Shown here: piece by piece, positions 8,062 through 15,846 of the stretch
Layout of the letters: each line of letters begins with the position of its first letter
How positions within the stretch are numbered: the first letter of the stretch is position 1
From: Octopus sinensis
Lineage: Eukaryota
DNA: 15,846 bases
NCBI RefSeq assembly: GCF_006345805.1
Contig: NW_021825297.1
Span: forward strand, 1-15,846
Direction: 5' to 3'
Notes under the pieces: generated by a model
Databases searched by the model: none
What the model saw: only the letters and a program-made list of their open reading frames with translations
What the model was told of the DNA's origin: nothing
Program-made: the position numbers and the translations under genes

Positions 8062-9480
8062 AATATTATAGGTCCCTTTGATGTTAGCAAGGTCATGGAA
8101 CAAATTGACCGAATGATGTTGATTACGTTCCTAGAAGAAAATAACTTTCTCACAGACACAGAATATGGTTTCAATCCGGGCAGGAGCTGTCTCACACAGC
8201 TGCCACGCCATTTTGAATGGGTCCTGAAACAACAGCTCAACCCTTCAAATGTGGATGTGATTGATATATGTCGACTTCGCTGAGGCCTTCGACAAAGTTA
8301 ATCATGTGATATGTCACAAACCGCTTGGCCTTGATATCATTGAAAAACTAGGCGAGAGGCAGCATAACTTTTCAAGGCAGACATCTGATAGTTGTAGCCA
8401 ATGGCGCTTTCTCTAAGGAGACAAACATTTTCAGTGGAATCCCTCCAGGAATTGAACTCGATCCACTACTGTTTAAACTGGTTCTCTCAGCCATGCTCTC
8501 AGTCAGACACTCTCACCAGCTATGCTGATAATACAAAAGCATATCAGTCGGCCATCGATCCTGTTGATATCCTAAAGCTGCTGAAAGACCTGAATACAAT
8601 GTACGAATAAGCTGATAAAAGTAATATGCAGTTCAATGCTGAAAAGTTCCAAGTACTCCACCACCAGCTCATAAACAGAGTCCAGTAGACGTAGGACCAG
8701 TGGGTTGTGCAAGCACTCAACTATTGGCCCACGAAAAAAATACAATACACAAGACTAGCGGGTAGTGCAATACCAGAGTCAGGGTCGGCACCTGACCCAG
8801 AGTCGGCACCTGACCCAGAGTCGGTACCTGACCCGAGAATCCACATGAAAAATGATTCCACATTCTGTGTGTATATTTCCGAGATGGCAAAACTGCAGGC
8901 GAGCAGCTAGATGAATTTTGAGATTATTGAGAACCAGAAATAAGGATATCATGGTACTCTTATGGAGAACTTTCGTTCATAGTCATCTGAATTATTGTTC
9001 CTAAATGTGTTCAGCACAGAGCGTCGTCAAACTGATGACAGGAATCGGGGCAGCCCAGCGCCGTTACACTAAGAAGATTGAGCCACTGAAACAGATGAGT
9101 TACTGGGAGAGGCTAAAGAATTGAAGCTCTACTCCTTAGGGAGGCGACATATGGAAGAGTGTGGAAGGTGCCAAACCACCCGTTTTATACATCTAGAATA
9201 AGGGCCCAGTATTGTAACAGTTCGGGCTTCAAAGGCCCACAACTATTCAACATCTTGATACTCGACCTCAGAGATCTACTAGGTGTAGATGAATATGTTT
9301 TCAAAGAACGCTTGGCAATATTTATCTGAGATGCCAGATGAACCCACATCGCGGTGGAAGACGCGAAGGAGAGCAGATCTGTTCAACTCGCTTTTTCACT
9401 AGAAACAATCCAGGAAGGAGAACTAATCATACAAAAGGCTGTGCCACAGTATGGCCTTAGCCTCAAGTCGAAATCAGTAA
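8061..9480 (+). mobile_element. Decayed CR1-type LINE: reverse transcriptase domain to 3' end
   Basis: Fragments across stops and frameshifts: SKVMEQI...FLEENNFLTDTEYGFNPGRSCLTQL...VDVI/VDFAEAFDKVNH...SGIPPG...DPLLF...SYADNTK (YADD-like)...DLNTMYE*ADKSNMQFNAEKFQVLH...LWRTFVHSHLNYCS...AQRRYTKKIEPLKQMSYWERLK...LKLYSLGRR...GPQLFNIL...MPDEP. Ends are approximate. Confidence 0.92.
8784..8834 (+). repeat. 18-bp tandem repeat, about 3 copies (GTCGGCACCTGACCCAGA) inside the LINE
   Basis: Units start at 8784, 8802 and 8820; in frame (SAPDPE). Confidence 0.95.
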
Positions 9481-9518
9481 ATGCATATCTATGGATATAT
9501 ATATATGAATATATATAC

Positions 9519-9651
9519 TTCTTTACTACCCACAAGGGGCTAAACACAGAGGGGACAAACAAGGACAGACAAAGGGATTCAGTCGATTACATCGACCCCA
9601 GTGCGTAACTGGTACTTAATTTATCGACCCCGAAAGGATGAAAGGCAAAGT
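9519..9651 (-). mobile_element. SINE family B, 3' half, tail type 1
   Basis: Close reverse complement of 12183-12316. Confidence 0.92.
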
Positions 9652-9795
9652 ACACACACACACACATACATACATACATATACATACACAAGCACACAAA
9701 CACTCACACACACACATACACATATATATATATATTTATATGTAGATATGGATATATATATGTATACATATATTTATATATGAATATATATATGG

Positions 9796-9892
<97 letters not shown>

Positions 9893-9971
9893 ATATATAT
9901 ATACACATGTATATATATATATATATAATATATATACACATATATACATACGTGCATATATATATATATAT
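9652..9971. repeat. (CA)n/(CATA)n then long imperfect (TA)n
   Basis: Direct reading. Confidence 0.97.
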
Positions 9972-10898
9972 CCAGTCAAAAGCTCTGGCAATTTCCTTAA
10001 ATAATTACAACGAAAAGTGAGCATAAAAATAAAAATATATAAGAAAAAATAATAAAGAAAGAAAAACACAAAAAGTGGTCGTTAGTGTCATTGAAGACAG
10101 CATTTTAGGAAAAAAAATATTGGTTTTTCTATAAGGAGTTCTTAATTGAAAATGGCGAAATTCCAAAATCTTTGATCGCATCGTCTCAAACAGCAAGTCA
10201 CAAAAGATAAATGGTTAGTATTTGTGTAAAACAGAATCAACGAAAGATTATTCTGCAGAATAGAATACCTTTAACCAAATTCTTTGAAGCTTATATCAGA
10301 AGGTGGTTGCTATAGTTTACTCAAGCGTGACAACCGAACGGAATGGAATTGGATAAGATAGCCGTCAACATAACGTCTGGAGAAAATGAGGAAGAAAAAA
10401 AATAGAGAAAATATTAAATGAAGAAAAAGAAAAAAATATGATGTTAGTGATGGAGGTGTTCTCATCAAAGAATAACAGATTTGTCAGTTGAAAATCATAT
10501 TATGAGATTCTTTCTTCACTTAAATCACTTGGGAGAAAAAAATAGATGGCTTTGCAATATTAATCAATGTAATTAACAATGTTTTGGTATAATTATGTCA
10601 CAGCTATAGCTTATAATTATTTATGCAAAAGATTGGCGCTAAGGCTAGGCTTGCTCGCATGCAATACTAACTCTGTAAATATTTTTAAGAGAAAGTATGA
10701 ATTTTATTTGTAGTAATTCCACACACTCCTATAACAATAGTATTAAAACAATTTTTTTCTCGTTTACCAATTTTTTTCATTTTAAAAATTATTTAATGTA
10801 CAACAACTATGGAAATAAAATTACAACGATGATATATCATAAAATATAACACTTAATCAAGTGTTGTGTCGTCTGCACGTTCTGTTTGATCACAGTTG

Positions 10899-11022
10899 AC
10901 TGCTAGAATAGTGAGGACAACAGATAAAACGTCTGCAGTGTTTAGATACGGCATTTTATGTTCTGAATTCAAGACCAACGGAGTTCAAATTTGTTTTCAA
11001 ACCTTGTGGGGTGGATAAAAAA
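10899..11022 (+). mobile_element. Old, highly diverged SINE family B-like copy
   Basis: CTGCTAGAATAGT...TTATGTTCTGAATTCAAG...TTTCAAACCTTGTGGGGTGGATAAAA is colinear with CTGGCAGAATCGT...TTACGTTCTGAGTTCAAA...TTTCATCCTTTCGGGGTCGATAAA. Confidence 0.6.
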
Positions 11023-11229
11023 CAGTTGTGTAATGCTGACTTAATATTTTTAGGAAACAATTTTGTGAATAGAGTAATAGAAGACTAACATGTGACTTGT
11101 CTGCTCGTTCTGTTTGGTCACATATATTGTATGCGACCTTCATTTTGACCTGGTGATACGTGTGTGTGTGTGTCGTCTGTTTGTGTGTGTCGTCTGTTTA
11201 ATATATATTCGACTCAGTAGCACAATTAG

Positions 11230-11372
11230 TCTCTCTCTTCTCACTCCCTCACTCAATCACTCCCTCACTCACTCACTCACTCACTCACTCACTCACTCAC
11301 TCACTCACTCGCTCGCTCGCTCACTCACTCACTCGCTCACTCACTCACTCACTCATTCACTTACTCACTCTG

Positions 11373-11436
<64 letters not shown>
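11230..11436 (+). repeat. (CACT)n followed by (TCTA)n tetranucleotide microsatellites
   Basis: Direct reading. Confidence 0.97.
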
Positions 11437-11438
<2 letters not shown>

Positions 11439-11684
11439 ACTTACGGACTCGCGCACACACACAGATACACATACACACACTCTCTCTCCCTCTCTCACAC
11501 ACACCCTGAGACACACTCTCTCTCAACCTCTCTCCTCTCTCTCTTTCTCTCTCTCTCATTCTCTTCCTTCACAACAGTGAATGTTCCGTTGTCATCCTTT
11601 CGCTATTTTAAATACTTTCCTCTCACCCTCTCCCTATTCCCCAAGCCTACTCTTTCTATCTCCTCTCATATTTTTCAATAACAT

Positions 11685-11705
11685 TCACACACAAACACAC
11701 GCACG

Positions 11706-11766
<61 letters not shown>

Positions 11767-11875
11767 AAAGAGAGAGTGGGAGAGAGAGTGAAAGAGGAAG
11801 AGAGAGTGGGAGAGAGAGAGATAAAAAGAAAGTGAGAGAGAAGGAAAGTGTGAAAGAGATAGAGATAGAGGGAGA
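11685..11875 (+). repeat. (CA)n followed by a GA-rich purine tract
   Basis: Direct reading. Confidence 0.95.
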
Positions 11876-12084
11876 AACATACACTTCCATAGATCCTTCC
11901 TTCTCCTCTCCTTTCCACACGCCAGTTTTTCTATTATAAAGTTTTACACCGAAGTTTGCGATCCGGTTTCAATTTCCAGCTACTCCTACTTACTTTTACT
12001 TTGATAATACGCCCGAGAGAGGCATGAATACCATATAATCTCTTCCTCTTCCATTGCCATTATATAAGATATATTTGATAAAGA

Positions 12085-12317
12085 GAAGGCGGCGAGCTGG
12101 CAGAATCGTTAGCACGCCGTGCGAAATGCGTAGCCGTATTTCGTCTGCCGTTACGTTCTGAGTTCAAATTCCGCCGAGGTCGACTTTGCCTTTCATCCTT
12201 TCGGGGTCGATAAATTAAGTACCAGTTACGCACTGGGGTCGGTGTGATCGACTTAATCCGTTTGTCTGTACTTGTTTGTCCCCTCTGTGTTTAGCCCCTT
12301 GTGGGTAATAAAGAAAC
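12085..12317 (+). mobile_element. Full-length tRNA-derived SINE family B with 16-bp target site duplication
   Basis: A-box TGGCAGAATCG (12098-12108), B-box AGTTCAAATTC (12161-12171), conserved core, tail ending AATAAAGAAA. Flanked by identical ATATATTTGATAAAGA at 12069-12084 and 12318-12333. Confidence 0.96.
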
Positions 12318-12387
12318 ATATATTTGATAAAGAAGAAAATGTGCTGTGGCAGATTTTCTTTTATTCTTTTATTTGCTTCAGTCATTT

Positions 12388-12447
12388 GGATAAAAGTAGA
12401 ATGAGGTACTATGGTCTCTTGGCTGAAACAGTTGTAAGATTTTATCC
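12388..12447 (+). other. Degenerate type-I hammerhead-ribozyme-like motif
   Basis: GGATAAAA...ATGAG...GAAACAGTTGTA-AGA-TTTTATCC: an 8-bp closing stem (GGATAAAA/TTTTATCC), and 17 nt (GAAACAGTTGTAAGATT) identical to the minus-strand motif at 7945-7961. The CUGA part and stem II are poorly preserved. Confidence 0.45.
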
Positions 12448-12826
12448 TATTTTCTATGTTCTACATCATATATTTTAATAATTACTGGTATTTTTATATT
12501 CTATATTTTCCATATTGTATATGTAAAGCATAATATGTTATACATGTATGTATATTGCTACAATTGTCTTTTTAAAAAAAATAAATAAACAGACATAACA
12601 TAATGTCTATATGGATATATATATATAAATATCTATGGATATATATATATATAATATATATAGATGTGAATATCTATATATGAGTACACACACACACAGT
12701 TGATGAATACCACCTCTTGATCCCCTCCATTTTCTTATTGCGAAATAAATTTAGGGTAAAATAACTTTTTACCCTCACTCGGTAATATAATTGCCTTGCA
12801 ATGAAAAAACGCTTGTGTATTAATAA

Positions 12827-13946
12827 CTAGTAGCATAGCCCGGCATTGCCCGGGTATGTAAGAGCCCCTAGTAGGCGACGACTAATCCCAATCTAGTCCT
12901 TTCCCTCTAGGGAACGAAGGCGCATGTGTAGGTTGCAATGTCTTCTCTTCACTCGAATACTTCTGTGTATACGATGTTCCTAGCTGTCCCTTTGGGCGGA
13001 AACATGAAAACATCATTGCGTCTCCCAACGCGTGAACAGCCCACGTAGAGTTGATCGTGGGCAAAGCACTGTTCGCCCAAATGTAACCCAGCGATTTGTA
13101 GCGTTTGGCCTTGGGATTTATTGATGGACATTGCGAAGCAGAGTTTAACAGGAAACTGAGAACGCCTGAAGTAGATTGGTAGGTCAGCGCCCGACGGTTG
13201 AAGGTGCATGCATGGAATGAAGACGTCCTCTCCCTTCCCACAACCGGTAAGTATTGTGGCCGTTATTAAATGTGGTGCCAAATGTTTCACAACCAGACGT
13301 GTGCCATTGCACTGTTTAGGTCGAGTTGCATCCCCTAGACAGTCTGTGGCTTGTGTTTAATACACAAATCGGTTTGCTATGAGTGCCACATATGATTTAA
13401 TTAACCGATTTTTTCCAGTAATAAAGTATCCTATTGGAATAAAAAGGGCCATATAGCTCATTGGAGCAGACATGATGCTCGCTGTGAATTTAAAAAATAA
13501 TTCCTGCCAATTTGCGAAAGATATTGTCGAAAATATGTCATCTTGAATTCGAACGCGATTTCCCAAAATGGCATGATTTTATCGATTTTTTCTGATGGTA
13601 AGGTATTTCATGGAAAACTAACGTCAGAATTAAGTTTTTTTAGGGTAACATTAAGCTTCACCATGAGTTTGGTGAAAATCGATTGCAAGTTGCGAAAACT
13701 ACAACAGAAAATGTGTTGCATATAAAAAGCTTAGATTCTCGACCCCATGTCAAATTTATCGATTATTTTCAGAACTGGGGGAACTTTTTAAAACTTTCGC
13801 TGCTTTAGTTTTGAATTATGACATTGGGCTATGTGTGTGTCAAGTTTCATCAGAATCGGTTGAAAACCGTGGTCAGGGTGAGGGTACAACCTGACAGACA
13901 CACAGACACACAGACTGACAAACTGCCGTTTATATATAGAGAGAGA
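12827..13946 (-). mobile_element. Non-autonomous Helitron (1120 bp), complete termini
   Basis: On the minus strand it begins TC (13946-13945; TCTCTCTCTATATATAAACGG) and ends CTAG (12830-12827). A GC-rich hairpin CCCGGGCAATGCCGGG (12854-12839) lies 8 nt before CTAG. It sits between A (13947) and T (12826) with no TSD and contains a Pif1 remnant in sense orientation. Confidence 0.92.
12949..13320 (-). pseudogene. C-terminal Pif1-family helicase fragment of a Helitron RepHel protein
   Basis: PKQCNGTRLVVK...FRRSQFPVKLCFAMSINKSQGQTL...CFAHDQLYVGCSRV...ARNIVYTEVFE*: the NGTRL motif and helicase motifs V and VI, plus the NIVY.EV terminus typical of RepHel. No Rep domain or N-terminal helicase motifs. 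Confidence 0.92.
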
Positions 13947-14048
13947 TTGGGTATTCTACCAGCAATATTGGATAGATATCCCTTAGTTGGGTGGATTCAT
14001 AACCTCTAACTCTCTTGGAATAACTCTCTTGGAATTATATATATATAT

Positions 14049-14206
14049 GACAGGCTTCTTTCAGTTTCCGTCTACCAAATCCACTCACAAGGCTTTGGTC
14101 GGCCCGAGGCTATAGTAGAAGACACTTGCCCAAAGTGCCACGCAGTGGGACTGAACCCCAGAACCATGTGGTTGGTAAGCAAGCTGCTTACCACATAGCC
14201 ACTCCT
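14049..14206 (-). mobile_element. tRNA-derived SINE family A, near full length
   Basis: The minus strand has A-box TGGCTATGTGG and B-box GGTTCAGTCCC, body GGCAAGTGTCTTCTACTATAGCCTCGGGCCGACCAAAGCCTTGTGAGTGGATTTGGTAGACGGAAACTGAAAGAAGCC, then (TA)n. Confidence 0.93.
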
Positions 14207-14683
14207 ATTTATTTTTCATGCTGTAGTGGTGGATGAGGGGACAGGTCCCATACACTAGGTAGGTTAAATGGAAGACGTTATCCTCATATTAGAGATAAGA
14301 TCCAAATACTTGCACAGAGCAGACTCCACTGTAAGCACGCAAGGATCAAGCGGTAGTAGTAAATCGGATGGCGGATTAAATTTACCGCCCAAGAACAAGG
14401 ACGAACTCTCTGAGAGGCCTCCACAGATTTCGTTTATCATCTTTCACAGACAGTCTCTGGTTGATTCACAGACAGTCTCTGATTATGGGAAAAGACATTT
14501 ACTGAAGGTGAGATTTATCGTAACCGGACTCTAAACGACATAGCTGCGAGGAGAACTTTTGCATCACACAGTCATGTTTGCGCCCATAGGGAAGGATCTC
14601 AACGAAACACTATCTCTGAAACCTATCAGATATGCCGGAGATTCAGAGGTGACACGCGGTGGACTATGAAAAACTCTCCATAC

Positions 14684-14838
14684 AGGTTCAGGCGTGGCTG
14701 TGTGGTAATAAGTTTGCGTCCCAACCACATGGCTCCGGGTTCAGTCCCACTGCGTGGTATCTTGTTTTCTACTATAGCCTCGGACCAACCAAAGCCTTGT
14801 GAGTGTATTCAGTATACAGAAACTGAAAGAAGCCCATC
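14684..14838 (+). mobile_element. tRNA-derived SINE family A, diverged copy
   Basis: A-box TGGCTGTGTGG (14695-14705), B-box GGTTCAGTCCC (14738-14748); colinear with the reverse complement of 14049-14206 apart from a short deletion. Confidence 0.9.
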
Positions 14839-14850
14839 ACAAACTCGCTA

Positions 14851-14851
<1 letters not shown>

Positions 14852-14891
<40 letters not shown>
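14852..14891 (+). repeat. (CA)n microsatellite
   Basis: Direct reading. Confidence 0.98.
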
Positions 14892-14894
<3 letters not shown>

Positions 14895-15026
14895 TGACCA
14901 TTTTTGCACTCTCCTGTCCCAGAAAGCACTTTCTCTTCATTCGTTCTACTCTCGGTCACTTCAAAAATGTAACCACACGTGACTGTTGGCGATCTTTTTC
15001 CTCCTACGTCTTTGACTGTTTTTCTT

Positions 15027-15060
15027 GTTTCCGAAGAAGAGCTGTGTACGAAACGTAAAC
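15027..15060 (+). other. Degenerate minimal hammerhead-like motif of Penelope-like terminal repeats
   Basis: GTTT-CCGAAGA-AGAGCTGTGTAC-GAAACGTA-AAC: CUGANGA box with U to C, short stem II region (poorly paired), GAAAC, palindromic ACGT, GUA triplet, imperfect stem I. Confidence 0.45.
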
Positions 15061-15472
15061 CTACTACTCTTTTCCTTCTCTGAGCGTCTTTTTAATACAT
15101 TGCTTATGCTACGTCCACACGTTCGTTTGTTTTTTTTTCTTTTTCTCTGTGTTTTTTTAATTGATTATATATATATATATATACATGTGTGTGTGTGTGT
15201 ATGAGTCTGTGTCTTTGTTTCTTTGGCCTCAGTCTAATGCCTGAAGCAAGCGCAAGATAAAAGATAAAAGATAGAAAACCATGTAATAAAAAAACGTTTA
15301 TATTTAGGCATTTGTCAAAATCCTTGTCAGTCATGACATGCTGTAGATTCGTTGAAATCCGATCGACTATGAAAAATCTCCTTTCAATAATCATTAATTA
15401 TTGAAAGAAATGCTGAGTAAAGTAAATATTTCAGTAGCAACGAAAAGATCCAATGTTCCTTGTTACATATTG

Positions 15473-15700
15473 GATGTCGTCTGTATTTGAAGATAGTTCA
15501 CCGATGATGTCGTCTGTATTTGAAGATAATCCGTCGATGATGTCGTCTGTATTTGAAGATAATCCACCGATGATGTCGTCCGTATTTGAAGATAATTCAC
15601 TAATGATATCGTTTGTATTTGAAGATAATCCACCGATCATGTTGCCTGTATTTGAAGATAATCCACCGATGATGGCTGTATTTGAAGATAATCCACCGAT
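15473..15700. repeat. 33-bp minisatellite, 7 units (last unit 30 bp)
   Basis: Consensus GATGTCGTCTGTATTTGAAGATAATCCACCGAT; units start at 15473, 15506, 15539, 15572, 15605, 15638 and 15671. Confidence 0.97.
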
Positions 15701-15732
15701 GAATGCTTTTGTATTAAAACATTAACGTTTAT

Positions 15733-15846
15733 GGAGACGCGCTGGCAGAATTGTTACCGCGCCGGACAAAATACTTCGTGGAATTTCGTCCGTCTTTACG
15801 TTCTGAAATCAAATTCCACCGAGGTCGACTGTGCCTTTCATCCTTT
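15733..15846 (+). mobile_element. SINE family B, head and core (cut by window edge)
   Basis: GCTGGCAGAATTGTTACC...TTACGTTCTGAAATCAAATTCCACCGAGGTCGACTGTGCCTTTCATCCTTT is colinear with 12096-12201. Confidence 0.9.

Noticed and set aside
7990-8910. Reverse transcriptase as part of a retron, DGR or other novel RT system
   Set aside because: The motifs and downstream region are those of a CR1-type LINE, broken by several stops and frameshifts, in a eukaryotic context.
9032-9038. Perfect CTGATGA hammerhead box
   Set aside because: Lies in LINE coding sequence with no stem II or GAAA box at the right spacing.
12085-12175. tRNA gene (also the SINE A heads at 1-58, 14148-14206 and 14684-14750)
   Set aside because: A and B boxes are present, but I see no clean cloverleaf and each continues into a multi-copy SINE body.
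12949-13290. Host PIF1 gene exon
   Set aside because: Enclosed by Helitron termini, ends in the RepHel-type NIVY.EV terminus, and lacks the rest of the helicase.
14007-14034. 14-bp direct repeat TAACTCTCTTGGAA as a TSD
   Set aside because: The two copies are adjacent with nothing between them; a simple tandem duplication.
15473-15700. CRISPR array
   Set aside because: Units are contiguous with no unique spacers, there are no cas genes, and the context is eukaryotic.

Overview
Repeat-dense, AT-rich eukaryotic non-coding DNA (intergenic or deep intronic). I can support no intact host protein-coding gene, RNA gene or CRISPR array; almost all ORFs in the track are microsatellite translations or antisense or frameshifted reads of dead transposons. 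The SINE families and microsatellite load resemble what I recall of octopus (coleoid cephalopod) genomes; this is inference, not a search result. Contents: (1) two (TAA)n arrays that act as landing pads for stacked, co-oriented, 5'-truncated R4/Dong-type RLE retrotransposons and for a ~450-500 bp non-coding element ('element X') present in both arrays; (2) a decayed CR1-type reverse transcriptase LINE; (3) a complete 1120-bp non-autonomous Helitron with canonical termini and a Pif1-helicase remnant; (4) about ten copies of two tRNA-derived SINE families, one with a perfect 16-bp TSD and with swapped 3' tails among copies; (5) three degenerate minimal hammerhead-ribozyme-like motifs of the Penelope/retrozyme type; (6) a 33-bp minisatellite and many microsatellites. 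The best candidates for something undescribed are element X as a possible non-autonomous partner of TAA-targeting Dong elements, a shared 3'-UTR motif in three diverged Dong-like families, and the hammerhead-like repeats.
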